From Mytilus edulis (Eukaryota), in the NCBI RefSeq assembly GCF_963676685.1, contig NC_092353.1:2356001-2420000 (forward strand): a stretch of DNA of 64,000 nucleotides, read 5' to 3'. Each line of letters starts with the position of its first letter. Position 1 is the first letter of the stretch. The position numbers and the translations under genes were made by a program. Shown in pieces: positions 27,557 to 42,281 of the stretch. The notes beneath the pieces are model-generated. The model ran no database searches and had not been told where the DNA came from. It saw only the letters and a program-made list of their open reading frames with translations.

Positions 27557-28649
27557 AGGAATGAGAAAGTACATGTAGGTGAAGGTTACACGATCAAAAT
27601 AAACATACAAGAATCAATTTACTAAAACATTTTATAACGGCAAAAACTATAACCGTTTCGTTAACCTATATAGAGAGATATAAAAGTTCGATGTGACTTT
27701 ATGTTTGCCTCTACTATTGACAAATATACACAACCTTTCTTGTGGACTTAATATAATTATGTGTGTCAAAATTATAATGGCATGACAGAAAATGAGGATT
27801 GACACCATGTAGATTGACAAAGTTCGAATGTTGTTTAAAAAAACCAGATTAGCCTTAAATAAAATATTAAAGAATTCCTATTCATTTGTCTATGGAATAA
27901 ATGGAAAATAATTTTCTTTCCACGCCATTAAAATTTCATTCTACAAATGTACTTGCCTCAGTTGACAACTTCAATCGATTACATAGACAAAAAAGTACGT
28001 TAACGCTTCAAACTGAGATTAATTAAATATTTCAATGGTGCTTAACAAAATGATGAACTCTCCTTTTTGTGAGGTAAGAAAGTGATAATAATGTTTGATT
28101 GTGATTGAGATGTTATCGGGTACTGTCAGGTTTTTGTGGCACGCGCTCATAGCGGGTACATAACCACACGAACTTCACACCCTTATAGACTGTCTACCTT
28201 GGAGTTAATAATTACCTGGTCAGGTAGGGGTGATATATGATGTGGTCACTCAGTAAATTCTTATAATTATAATCATTAAGCATTTTGTGGTAACGTTGTC
28301 GACTTTCGGTGATGACAGTTGTTCACCTGATTAGCATCGCTCCATTGTAGACGTTTGTTCAAATTAACCATCATTCGATCACAATCGGCAAACAAGCTGT
28401 TGACATGAATAATTTTCAATTTTTTTTTTTTTTTACTCCATAACAAAATTCGGGATTGGTATTTTTTTGGTATTTTTTTTATTATTATTATTATGATCAT
28501 CGAGTTTACTGTTTCACCTGTGTTCGAGGAACGGTTAAATTGTCTTTGAACTTTTTACAAGATTTTAAATGTATTTGAACTTAAAAATCGGGAGATTTGG
28601 TATGCCGGATTGCCAATCAGACAATAATCCAACAAAGTTAAAATGAAAT

Positions 28650-29320
28650 AAATGTTAGTAAATTATTATAGGCAATCGTACAACCTTCAACAATTAGAAA
28701 AACCCATACCAAATGTTAGTAAATTATTATAGGCAATCGTACAACCTTCAACAATGAGAAAAACCCATACCAAATGTTAGTAAATTATTATAGGCAATCG
28801 TGCAACCTTCAACAATTAGAAAAACCAATACCAAATGTTAGTAAATTATTATAGGCAATCGTACAACCTTCAACAATGAGAAAAACCCATACCAAATGTT
28901 AGTAAATTATTATAGGCAATCGTGCAACCTTCAACAATTAGAAAAACCCATACCAAATGTTAGTAAATTATTATAAGCAATCGTACAACCTTCAACAATG
29001 AGAAAAACCCATACCAAATGTTAGTAAATTATTATAGGCAATCGTGCAACCTTCAACAATTAGAAAAACCAATACCAAATGTTAGTAAATTATTATAGGC
29101 AATCGTACAACCTTCAACAATGAGAAAAACTCATACCAAATGTTAGTAAATTATTATAGGCAATCGTGCAACCTTCAACAATTAGAAAAACCCATACCAA
29201 ATGTTAGTAAATTATTATAGGCAATCGTACAACCTTCAACAATTAGAAAAACCCATACCAAATGTTAGTAAATTATTATAGGCCATCGTACAACCTTCAA
29301 CAATGAGAAAAACCCATACC
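28650..29320. repeat. 61-bp minisatellite, 11 copies, inside a dispersed repeat (~28590-29390)
   Basis: Unit aaatgttagtaaattattataggcaatcgtacaaccttcaacaattagaaaaacccatacc. Confidence 0.97.
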
Positions 29321-30349
29321 GTTTTAATTTGTCGGCTATAAAAAGACCCCAACATGAAAAATATTAAACAATTAAATTGAGATAACTAATGCTTATGATT
29401 AATTCCTAGATTTTTCATGATTTGAGACTTTAAGTCTAACGTATTCGTCCCAGTTCTTATAGAAGACTGACATCACCACCATCAAATAACCTTACCAGAT
29501 CTTACTAAAGGATGTTTATATTTTGACTGTACCGACCAAATATCAAGATATTATAGTATGTCTGTCTTAATTATTTTAACGGGAGGGGCAATGTACATAT
29601 ACATGTAGTTTCTATTCATCGATATAAATGTATGAAATTGGATTGTAATCTTAACCGAAAAAAGGAGGGAACTGACATGTAACTAATTATAGTACAATAC
29701 TGAACTATTGATCTCTATCAGTTGTACAAATTCCTTGGGGGTATCTGATTACCAATCTAGACACATTATCATATAACACAACTGTTGACTGTATTACATG
29801 GCCGTCTAATGCGTGAATTATTCATTAAATTTTTAACAGTTTTGGGCTAGTAAGTGTACTCTCTTTGATAGTATGTGTGATGTGATAAAATCAGTTTTAT
29901 GTATTTGCATATAAACTACAAGTCATAAATTTTAATAAGTTGATATTGAAATATTAAGAACAATCGGCCTTTAAAATGTTCAAATTAGCAATTGCTGAAT
30001 TTAAGTTTTGTTCTGAAGTGATATTTTTATAATCTGTCGCAGTATGGTTAGGCATCGATAAATAATTCATTCAATAAACTCGTCATAGATACCAGGAATT
30101 AATTTTGTACGCCAATCGTGAATTGCGATTACAAGACTCATCGATGACACTCGAGAGAAAAAAGTGATATAAGCAAGCAACCGAAAAAAGTACAAAGTCA
30201 TTTAAAAAATAATTTTAAAATAGATATAAAATAAGAAGATGTGATATGATTGCAATGAGACAACTATCTACCAAAGTTCAAAAGATATGGATGTACATGT
30301 AGGTATGCTGATTGGACTTCTCTAGGTAAAAACGAATAGATATACCACG

Positions 30350-30782
30350 TCCACTTGTATATTTATCCATCTGATGAGTTAAGCCTTTTTCAACTGATTT
30401 TTATAGTTCGTTCTTATGTTGTACTGTTATACCACTGTCCCAGGTTAGGGGAGGGTTGGGATCCCGCTAACATGTTTAACCCCGCCACATTATTTATGTA
30501 TGTGCCTGTCCCAAGTCAGGAGCCTGTAATTCAGTGGTTGTCGTTTGTTTATGTGTTACATATTTGTTTTTCGTTCATTATTTTACATAAATATGGCCGT
30601 TAGTTTTCTCGTTTGAATTGTTTTACATTGTCTTATCGGGGCCTTTTATAGCTGACTATGCGGTATGGGCTTTGCTCATTGTTGAAGGCCGTACGGTGAC
30701 CTATAGTTGTTAATGTCTGTGTCATTTTGGTCTTTTGTGGATAGTTGTCTCATTGGCAATCATACCACATCTTCTTTTTTTA
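30350..30782. mobile_element. Dispersed non-autonomous repeat, family B (other copies ~12380-13055, 63020-63335; inverted ~53545-53775)
   Basis: Shared blocks gcctttttcaactgattt, catgtttaaccccgcc, cctgtcccaagtcaggagcctgta, cattggcaatcataccacatcttct. Confidence 0.8.
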
Positions 30783-31466
30783 TATATAATTGTATAAGTA
30801 TCCACACTTTTACCTGAACACTGCCACCTCCCCTTAAAACCAAATTGTATGGGTTCATTTTTGAAGTGATATCGTGATGCCTTCCTTATATGGTGTTGAG
30901 ATGTCAACAAGGTCACTTAAGTTGTTGTATCTTTATACAATATATTCAATATTTTATTTTATTTAAATCTCATCTCTCATACAAAAAATACTTAGAACTT
31001 GATTTCTTCAGAATGAAATAAAATCTCGTAAATGGCAGGTTTACAAGGATATAACAAAGACAATTTCAAGTATTACAATTTTACATAACGGTTACCCTAA
31101 TTCTAAAACTGAAACCCTCAACTGACCAATTAGCTGACCGCAAAACAAATATGAGTAATGACCAATTTTGTGTATACAACATATCGTGTGCGGTCTATTG
31201 TTATGCTTATTGTTTGAATATTCTTCTCTCATCCTCTACAAAAGCAGCATATCATGTTTGGCATCCGGGTAATACTATCGTTAGCTAACAACAACAGTAA
31301 TATAAGTTCTGATAGTGTTTGAAAATGAGAAGATACGCTGTTGATCGAACAGAATTAAAGGTTTTGAAAAATCTGGTGAGGTTCTGCTGAAGTGACAGGA
31401 TTAAAATAGTTGACAATATTTTACATACTAGCCTATAGATATCCCAGTATAAAAACATGGTCAGTC

Positions 31467-31554
31467 TTGTATTGTGATAGGATTAGTAATTGTGTATATA
31501 TAATGCCACTATTGTATTGTGATAGGATTAGTAATGTTGTATATATAATGCCAC
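31467..31554. repeat. 45-bp tandem duplication
   Basis: ttgtattgtgataggattagtaat...tatatataatgccac twice. Confidence 0.9.
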
Positions 31555-32084
31555 GAAAGTAACGTATCTATAAGTAGTCTTCTACAGCGTTTCACGTTGC
31601 TTTCATATAGAACATGAAACATCCATGAAACTAAGTTAATTACCTGGATGTCAACCGCTCATTAAAATTCATGTACCTTTAACCAGATTTAAACACCAAT
31701 AACTTTCACAGTATTTGTCTTGATGGTTGCATTCTACAAGCACTGTGTTTACATAAAACCTACTTATAAGTTGATCATTTTACGCAAGGATTATAGGACA
31801 CATGTCTTCATTTGATCATGAAATCCTTCTCTGATCTGATTTTTTTTTAATACTTCACATATATTATGGTTTATAAATTTAGAGAACAACGCTATACATA
31901 GTCATTCTAATAGATAGATTCAAATAGCAAACCATGTCACCCTGGCATAGATTCAGGTACCAAAATATGTCATCATGGCTGATAGACTTAGAAGGCAAAA
32001 CATGTCATCATGGAAGATATAAAAACAAAACATATTGCCTTGACAACTAGATTTAGACAGACACATGACGACCAGACATTTGTA

Positions 32085-32790
32085 TTCGAGAGCAACGCAT
32101 GTGCACGACGACATCGAATCCAGACTTTCGAAATATATAATTCGGAGGTTAGTATGACGTCCATTATCACTGTACTAGTATAACATTGAGAAAGGAAATG
32201 GGGAATGTGTCAAAGCGACAACAACCCGACCATAGAGCAGACAACAGCCGAAGGCCACCAATGGGTCTTCAATGTAGCGAGAATTCCTGCACCCGTATAC
32301 ATAGTATACATTTTTTAAGGGCCATCTGAAGGACGCCTCTGGGTTCGGGAGTTTCTAGCTACATTGAAGACCCATTGGTGGCCTTCGGCTGTCGTCTGTT
32401 CTATGGTCGGGTTGTTGTCGCTTTGACACATTCCCCATTTCCTTTCTCAATTTTATTTCGAAAGTATGTTATTCGTTTGCAAGACTACAATCTCTTCTTG
32501 AGGTATAAAAACACCAACATAAACAACAAGCTTGAACTATTCAACAGAAATATAAAATATGTTCTGCTGTATGGATCAACAAGATGGCGAATCATATAAA
32601 GTGACATACAGAAAGTAGAATTATTCCTTTGCATCTGTCGTCTTAAAATACACAAAATCTTTTGACCAAATAAGATCAACAACCAATAATTTTCAGGAAA
32701 GAAGCAACTGCAAAAACATCACAGATAATTGAAACACAAATCGTTTTTGATGGCTAGGCCAGTTTCTGAGAATGCAAATTGAAAGAACAC
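32085..32790 (+). mobile_element. Decayed RTE-like LINE RT C-terminal fragment, interrupted by an insertion at 32134-32455
   Basis: DDIESRLSK|VCYSFARL joins across the insertion; then KLELFNRNIKYVLLYGSTRW...PNKINN...WLGQFLRM, with stops. Confidence 0.75.
32134..32455. mobile_element. Short repeat containing an inverted copy of its own 3' part
   Basis: TSD tttcgaaa (32126-32133 and 32456-32463); ~110-bp inverted arms at 32185-32295 and 32340-32451. Confidence 0.85.
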
Positions 32791-35700
32791 TGATCCATAT
32801 CGAGTGTGTGGTATATTTGTTCGAGTTGAGCGTAAATACGCGTTATAAGTAACATTTATGTGTAACAGTCCTAATTCACGAACTTTGTTAGAAATTATCT
32901 GTATTTAAGTCGGAATGTTTTTGTCTTTGTCATTTTTGTAAACCGTTGTTTCTTGCATATTTTTATTTAAATACGTCCTACCCCTTTTACATTCGTGCTT
33001 GACATATTATACAATAAACCATGGTTGATGGTTGACAACCACATGTTTTACTTTAGATGCACTTAGATGTACTTATTTGTGCTGTTAACTTGTTAGGTTG
33101 TCTTCCAGTGTCATTAACTCTATCGTTTTGATCACAATACGTTAAATAAAAAATGTTAAGGAAGCATCAAATTCGTTTGTTTTTAAAAACATTTTACAAT
33201 CATGGTGGTATTGATATAGTAGTATTAGGAGGTTAAATGCTCACGTACTTTCGAGGTATAGAATTATCACCTGTTACAATTACCTAGCACCTACTGCAAC
33301 CCTCTTCATTGCAGTCTCGCTCAGATAATTAAATATGAGATGTTTTCAGTGTCTTTTTATCCCGTTTGTTTGTCTGACTTTTCATCCATCAATAGGACGC
33401 TTAGATAACATTATACATGTAGACAATAAAACAAGGAAGCAGTGATCATAATTGCACATTTTTATCAGACATTTCCGTTGCATCTTTAAAATGAAGATCA
33501 TTCATTAGATAATTCTAGGTATCTTGATATCCAACGAGTACCTAGTATACCGAAAGTAAGTCGAAACCACCCGAAAGTACAAACGATCACAATGTAATTG
33601 CAAGTCAGCTAAAAAATCCACCCTTCTATTTATTTCATTAATTTAAAAGTACTTTCTGGGTCTATTTTTTGCAAATTATCACAACGTTGTGAAATATCTG
33701 TGCGTTATAACTGTCATTTAAACTCTTCAACCTGAACAGGTACATGTATTTAACATCAATTAACGTTGTCTGGTGTATTAAACTTGCCTCTCAAATGATT
33801 AATAAGTGAAAGCGATAACATGTAATTACACATAGTCAGAGACATACAATTAAAGTACCATCTATTCACAAGACACGCGTTTTGTTATTTTATACATTTT
33901 ATGAAGAGAGGGTGCCACGGGTCTTTCTTCTCAATCCAATTAAGTATTTGAGAAATATAAGGTACATATCATGCTAACTTGTTGTAGGGAGAACTTGAAT
34001 ACTATACTTCAAGCTTATTTTTTTTAAGCAATAGGTCTTTGTTTTTGTTGTAGTGCTGCCTTTCTAGAGGAAAGTACTTATCAATACGGAAAAAAAACCT
34101 GCGTTATTATCATATTTGAAAGTTATTATGCATGCATCTTTTATCTGCAATAACGAGACAGAAACATCCATGTATATTATATATACTGTCCTGAACTTTA
34201 GCCAAAATCCTGCATATATATGAAATAATTGTCTGTATGTGAATTAAGCAAACACCAATCAGAAATCAATGAAATAATTTTGTATATATACTTATCTTTC
34301 ACCTGACTTACTACAAGCTTCTGTTTTACTTTATTTCTGCGATGAATCCACCTCGAATATTCAGGATCGCTATGTATACAGGACAAGTTGTACAAGACAG
34401 GTCCCACTCTCTGGAAGCCTCTAACATACCAGATATTAAATTAGCATTTTACAAGGAAATGTATTACGTGATTTGTAGCTTGATATGCAGTGAAAGGATA
34501 CAATTGTCAATAAAAGAAATCAAAACACAACAGATGGTGAAATATAGTGCATAAACACAACAGTTGGTATAGAGTTACCATACACACGATCGTACTAATG
34601 ATACCATTTAAATAAACACCGCTTTCATGACATGTAATATCTATCGTTAAACTTTAATTTCAATCACAAACTTTGAAGCTTTAGTTTTAATACTTTTGAG
34701 ATTCAATGATCCTGAATAAGACGAACTTTACTAGAATAAAGTGAAGCATGAAAATGTAACATGCAAAGCCGATATTATGAAATGAACACATCTTGTATCA
34801 CTTAAGATACAACATATTTGCATACGCATCATCGCTTGCTGTCCGTCATGAAACAAAGCAGGGCAGAATGTTGCTAATTATTGTTAAATTCATTCATCTC
34901 GATATTTTCAGTGAAAAGCCAGCCAATGTATATCCCAACGACCTTAAACATGATGAACAGTTATGTCTATTGTAATTAATTGATTAAAAATAATGTTATC
35001 CCCTGATTTGATTGGTGTATATCAGTGTCCTCACTTGCATTTCTCCCACAGTAAAACCATGCAGACACATGGGTGTGGTCGTCTGTTCAGAATGTGTAAT
35101 TATGTCTGCAAATTTTCATCTGAAACGATTGGGCGAATTGAAATCAATGTTAGAATGTTGGATTGCAAAATAATTTCAGATATTGCCTCTTACTATAAAT
35201 ACTAAGAATTGAACATGACAGAAAAACATATTTCAAATCGCCCATTGACTTGCAAACTAAAAAGAAATGGTACATTTAAAAATCTTCTTAAGGAACTGGG
35301 ATTGACTCGAACTTGCAGTAAAATGATCGCCACCTTATAAATAGATGATAAACCACGTGGTTATCTTGTTATCGACTCCTAGGAGTCGAGATTAAGAATT
35401 GAACGATGGACAGTTAGTGCGTGAATTTTTCTTGCTACCTGATTGGAAGATATTACGAGACGTGAATAATCAAAGTTTATTGATTGGTTAGGACAATCAA
35501 AACCTAGTAAATGTCCTTCAATCCCATAGAGTATCGGATTTGTTCTCTCTATTTTAGCAATTAGATTTTGCCTGGTCATTAATCCTGCATATTCACGATA
35601 TTGGTACACAGGTAATTTTTATTTATAAATAGTCGAATCTTCTGAAGTTTCGTAAACAACAACGTTAAACGATATATAATACTACATAACGTGTGACCTC

Positions 35701-38700
35701 ACGTGTGTGGTAAAATTTGTTAATTGATGCACGTGGATATTCTAGTAAATGAATTAATCTACAAAGCAAGAGCACTTTCCATTTTCATCAGCTAAGAGTC
35801 GATTAGCCCTTTTTGAAAGGCTAACGCTTGTGTGGCTATTCTTGTTGATATTTTTCACAGATTTTGTATACAGCATTGTGATGGGTAAAGGTAAAAGGTA
35901 AAGATTTTGCATTTTATTTTTTTACCTCAAAATGACCTGTGAACTGTTTAGCAGATTAGTATATATTCGATGCTCAGTTAATCTAAAATGAACGTATATA
36001 TATGTACTGGAGCCTCGAGAATGCAGCGAAACATTTTAATCCTGCTATTTGATAACTTACCTTTACAGGGGATGTGAGCCTATTAAATTCTGTGAACAAA
36101 ACTAAGGATCAGAATGGTAATTAATACTGAAATCAGGTCAGTATAACACTCAAGTTATTCTGGCTTCTCAAGTGATATTGGCTCATATTCTCTGTTGAAA
36201 ATAATGAAGATTAATTTTGGTAATTAATGTTGAAATCAGGAAACTCCTGTTAATCGGGCTTCACTCATATTCCTTGGCAGTGTCATATTTTACCCCTACA
36301 GCTTATGTATATGTACAACAATGACGGAAGATGAGCACACTTCGTCTCTTCAGATTCCAAATGACATATCATAATACCAACTTAAGAGCATCATGATCTA
36401 CTATGGATAATGATAATAATAGTAATACTGTATTAACCAAATTTCAGTTCTTCAATGTACTGCATGCGTCCATTCACCTTGGTAAAACATTTCCACGTCT
36501 AAATTTCATGTGGGATAAATTATGAACCATGACGTCCCACGTCGCCAAATTTTTTATTAAGTTGATGCATAATTTTTATATTTATCTTAAAATGTCGACA
36601 TTTGTATTTATACATTTAGAAATAAAACTTTAGGATTTATATACATAATCTCATTAGTAAGTGATTAATGTTTTGATATGTTACACCATTAAACGACCAT
36701 TTCCCTTTTATCAAATGGCGTTTTAAGGTTCCAAGGGTGAAATTGTAAAAATACAAGTTAATTTAAGTTTATATCACTGAATTTAAATATGTACATGTAT
36801 TTATAATGTAAATGCAAAATAAAAGTCATAATTTATACATTTCATTTAAGCAGTTAAGATTAATATCTGCCTTATTTGCACTAACTTGGATACGTTCTTT
36901 TATAGGAATGTTCGTCATAATTGAAAGTATAAAAAGACTATATTGTGCAGTTTATCGATCAACGATGCCATATCCGACTGGATAGATAAGTCTCTGTTTT
37001 TCATGTTTCTGTATTTTAAAATACTAAGGGCCACATCACTCACATAGACCTCTCATTATCGTCCATCTTTGTTCTGCAAATGTATCATTCAGATTTTGGG
37101 ACCGTGATGGCCTTCGGCTGTTTTCTGCTCTATAATCGGAGTTTTCAATGGTCTCTTTGCCACATTCCCCATTTCCATTTCTATTTAATTGATTAAGGCT
37201 GCACAATGTCTACACACAAACAAAATGTACAGTAAAAGGCTGTCTTTTTGATACATTTGTAAACAGGGCTAATGAGAATGCAATGCTAGTATTTAATGTT
37301 TACAACATTGTGTGTGAGGTTATACATTTTATACGAGATAAGGTGACTAAGTTAGACAAAACTACGTGTCATATTTCATCTTAGCTGTTTTAACATTTAT
37401 CCATACTTTTCATTACTTTCAATGACTATGGAATAATAATAAAATGTTCAGCCATCATAGTTGTTACATCCTAATTTTATCACTTGCGACCCTCTATTGA
37501 CCAAATAAATAGCTTAGCTTAAAGGTATTTCTACCAAAAGAAGAAAAAAAAGAACGAATACCAGTGATGTTAACAGATATTTTAAAATATTCTTGAAGGT
37601 ATTTCTACTATAAGAAAAAAAATTGCCTATCAAAGATGTTAAGTGTGCAGAGATAACTATATCCCTTCAAGTACCATTCACTGTTAAGGAGAAGTGGATT
37701 TCGTCTCGTAAAACCACAAATAAACAAACAAATACGTCAGATCAAGGCATCAAATTACATATTTACCAATATAAGCTGGTGTTCGTTAAATGATTTTGAC
37801 AGTTCGTGTACCGTATCAATCTCTAAAAGGCGACAATTTTAAAATTTCCAATGTAAACAACAGCTTAATGAGCGTACTTGTACAAGATAAAACAATAAAA
37901 TTCAATTTATTATCATCCGTTCTATATTATTGTCCAATACTGACCGGTCGTTGACAATGAAAGGCAAACCACTTGGCAAGTTAATTACTGGATAACTAGG
38001 TACAGAGGATGGATGGTCTGTCAACCATATGCAACTACATATGAATACCGCTCAGTCGGATTATGTTACGTGCTTTTCGACATGATAACAGTCTGCATGA
38101 ATCCAGGTCACCTAACCTGGCGTATTGTTACGATATAGAATATCTATGTCTTTACTCTAATTACTAAATATCGCTGGATTATCAGAAACTAACTTGGTAT
38201 TATTATTTTTGATGTTTTGTAGAGCATGTACACTAAGAGAGTCTAAAAAGTAGTACAACCAGAATCATTTCGCATATGCCTTGACTAGAGAAGTCACAAA
38301 CTTTTCCTGACTATCGGGGAATGAAAATCACATTATTATTGACCACGTTATATATGATATCAATAATCGTGTTTACGGCACATTTTTTTTATGAATAACC
38401 TTTATCAGGTCACATCGAGAACAAACGGTAAAGAAGCACTTGTTCTCTAGGTTGTTATATTAACCTTTATGTCTGTTTGCTCAACCAATGTTGTCAATAC
38501 ATCGAAACTTTTAACTTGACAATTGTCATACAAGTTGGACGTTTGGCTAGCTATACAACAAGGTTTAACCTACCAACATGTACCAATTATACCAAAATGT
38601 ACCCAGTAAGGAATATAATAGTTGTTTTCTTTTCTTTCCGTTGGTTGAGATGGCGGATCGTTTGATTTTTTAAGGTTTTATAAACTTACTTTTTAATTTA

Positions 38701-38739
38701 CCTTGGCGTTCCTTTCTTTTTAATACATGTTTCCAAATA

Positions 38740-39100
38740 GTTGTGTAAAATACGGCCAACGCAATCTAAACATTGAGGCAAAAACAATCTTTGTGTTAGG
38801 AGTAATTCAAAATTTGATAAATAGTAAATGTACAGAAATATGAAATTTAATTGTCAACACAAAAGTTCTGACTACTGGGTTAGTGATACACTCGAGGCTA
38901 TAACGTCCACCCGAGTGACATCGACCCAGTGGTAGTAAAATACATAAAATAAACCAGGCTTATAATTTGCTCGCCAGACGCGCGTTTCGTCTACACAAGA
39001 CCCATCAGGGACGTTCGAGTCAAAGCAGTTGAAAGGCCTTATCAAATACGAGTTTTAAGAGCATAAAAAAACAAAACTATAAAAAGGTATTTGCCAAAGT
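38740..39100 (-). mobile_element. Diverged retrozyme-family copy, hammerhead at 39014-38971 with CUGAUGG core
   Basis: Reverse complement cgtccctgatgggtcttgtgtagacgaaacgcgcgtctggcg; flanks resemble the 59-kb unit. Confidence 0.7.
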
Positions 39101-41689
39101 TGAAGACGGTACTAGAAGAGAAGTTGATGATCCAATGTTTACTCACACTTTAAATATAAGAAAAAAACAAGACTACTGTGAACAGTTTTGGACCGATTTT
39201 ACTTGCATTTTACACTAACAATGTTAGGATTATTTTTTAACTAAAATAAGAAAAACATAGATAAATTCATTTTTAAGGACCAGTGTCTGATGGTAGAATA
39301 TTTTCAGTAGAATTTTATTTTTTTTATTCACGAAGGACGAAACTCTTACCGAGATAGTATCAATGACACGCGAGCGGTCTCGTGACATGAATTTTAAATG
39401 ATATGCAGAGAAGGCGTTGATGGATCGAATAATATATCCAATTTTCTGAGGCTAGATTTTACGCCGAGAAAAAATTAAACTAATTCTTATATTCGCCAGT
39501 CATATCATTTTAACACTGTATATCATTTTAATGTACCCCACATTTTCGTTTATACATCAATGTTACATACAAAATTTGTATTTGGTATTTCAAAATAGTA
39601 AAATTTTGTTATGAATAGAATTATTAACAAAAGTATGATAATAAAATGTACTGCATTTTAAAAGTCTCAAAAATCATCTTAGTCTGGTAAATTTTCCACA
39701 TTACCACCATTTTTTATAAGAAAATACCTGTACCAAGTCAGGAATATGACAATTGTTATCCATTCGTTTGATGTGTTTGAGCTTTTGGTTTTGCAATATG
39801 ATTAGGGACTTTCAGATTTGAATTTTCCTTGGAGTTCAGTATTTTTGTGATTTTTATTTTTTTCACATAATTGGTTTACCCCCATGCAAGTTTAATCTAT
39901 CGGGTGAAAAGTAGCTGTGCAAGTGAAGGAAATCCCATATAAAGGTCTAAATATATAATATTAAGACAATATGATTTGAGTATATTATGAATTAAATTCA
40001 AAGCAAATAATCTTTGGACTAGACCATCAAGTATAATGGTACAAATTTGTGTATGACTGTGTCTTTATCTTTGAAATACCAATAACCGAATGCCATTGTC
40101 AAGTCACAAACTATTTGATAAGATAATATTTCATCATTTTATAATTTACACGGATTCTGCAAAAGTGCAAACATTGAATGTGTTTAAAATAAACAAGGTG
40201 GAGAAAAAACTTCTTTCAAGGCACACGAACGTGATTTGAGAAATAGTATTATTGTCACGCATTGTAAATGGTGTATGAACCAGAAGCTCGGCACTGGGTT
40301 TCACTGATGTCGACATACTATTTTGATTTTTGTAATGAGATTTTTACAGTCCATGATATGTTTGTTATCATAATGGAAATTATATTTCTTTTCAAAAAAT
40401 TAAAGTTCAAATCAGAACGGTAACATTATAATGAGTGAGTTTTACAAACTAAATACCCGTGTTACTATGTGCAAAGTCAAATTGTAAACAGTAAAAAAGA
40501 TATAAAATACAGTTATGTTACAAAAGGGTTCGTTGGCGCCAGTGTTGTTGGAGCTCCAATAATGTAAAGTTAAACAAGAAAGGTTATTCAAAGAATCAGC
40601 TCAGTCAATACATATGATCACATTTTCGATTTTGTTTACTTTTTTATTATTTTTACTCGGATGTTTGGTATTTGCTTCTATTTTGTTATTTTGAAATTTT
40701 GCCCCAAAAAGTAATAGTCATTTATTTAAGGTCAACAAAAAAATGTGTCATACGTTTTTATCTCTGAAAAAACGGAGTATACCGATTCCTATGATAAATC
40801 TATTTTTTGTAATTAAAACACATTTCAATCACATTTTGAATTATAATACTTTCTTTTTTATTCTCACTTAAATGATTTACGGAAACTAACTGGTATTTTA
40901 TGAAATCATACTTGAAAAATCCTACTTTAAGGCATTCTTGCATAGATTTATATTTGTTTACGAGATGAAAATACTGATTGAATACGAAAATCCCTTTTTT
41001 TAAAGATCTCAATCTATCGTATTTTACATTTGACAACCTAACTATATACATTAGAAAAAATCCTATAGTTTCAAATGAAAAAAAGTAATATGGTAAGCAT
41101 ATCCTACTCCACATATGGCATCATTACTATTCTATCTAGCTTCGATGCTGTTGCTGATGTAACTTTTGTGGTAAATTTAAATATAGAGTTTCACGTAAAG
41201 AGGTCCCCCAAAAATACCGACAATAAAACAAATAATCAGATGAATACAGATGAAACAACTTTCGTCGTATGTTTTCATCATTTTTACCTGTTATATATAA
41301 AACAGAAGATGTGGTATGATTGCACGTCTGTTTGTTTTGTTCACACATCGTTGTCAAGATAATTGAATTTTGTGCGACTGTCATACAACTGAGAGGTTTA
41401 GCTAGTTATTAAACCAGGTTCAATCCACTATTTTCTACTTAAGAAAATGCCTGTACTAAGTCAGCAATATGACAGTCGTTATCAATTCGTTTGATGTGTT
41501 TGAGCTTTTGAATTTGCCTTTCGATTGCGCACTTTCTATTTTGAATTTTTCTCGGAGTTCGGTATTTTTGTTATTATACTTTTTATCAATACATGGCTTT
41601 ATTACTAAAAGTACAAGTTTATCAATATGGACCCGCTCGTATATACTAAAACTCTTCGTTGAATTGTATATTTTGATATTGACGCCTTA

Positions 41690-42281
41690 AAAAAGAGACA
41701 AAAAGATACCAGAGGGACAGTCAAACTCATAGATCGAAAAGAAACTAACAACGCCATGGCAAAAGAAAACCACAAGACAAACAGACAAACAATAGCACAG
41801 ACGACACACCATATAAAACTAAAGACTAAGCAACACGAACTTCAGGAAAAACTTGGGGTAATATCAGGTGGTCCGGAAGGGAAGCAGATCCTGGTCCACA
41901 TGTGGCACCCGTGTAGCTTATGTTATCACAAATCTGGTAAATAGTATAATTCCGTTGGTCACATTCGTGAAAAGGGCAGGGTATTGTAGTTACGACATAA
42001 GGAACATATCCGATACCTTTAACATAACGGTCAACCAACTCGTGATGGCGTCCGTAAAATTTACGAAGGGATGATTTCAACTTCACCATTTCGGACTCTT
42101 GGTTTAAAAGCGTCCTTGTGAGCAGCAATACTCTATCAAGGAAATCCCGATAGGAAATACAAGCCCGCGAATAACGTTTCAATTGGAAGATATATACTCC
42201 GTATGCAGACAAGCTGGAATGTTGCAGAATAGAAATGGAAAGTTCACAATTGGGAAGCTGAAATCATCTATTTTGTCGTAA
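41690..42281 (-). mobile_element. 3' fragment of a related Penelope-like element (RT thumb plus 3'UTR)
   Basis: YDKIDDFSFPIVNFPFL / AYGVYIFQLKRYSRAC...LKSSLRKFYGRHHELVDRY, homologous to the C-terminus of ORF 56931-57530. Confidence 0.85.

Noticed and set aside
30370-30400. CTGATGAG as a hammerhead (also at ~63171)
   Set aside because: No stem II-GAAA-UH follows; it is part of repeat family B.
35379-35609. 76-aa ORF with protein-like composition
   Set aside because: Non-ATG start, no recognisable motif or consistent splice context; would need BLASTx.
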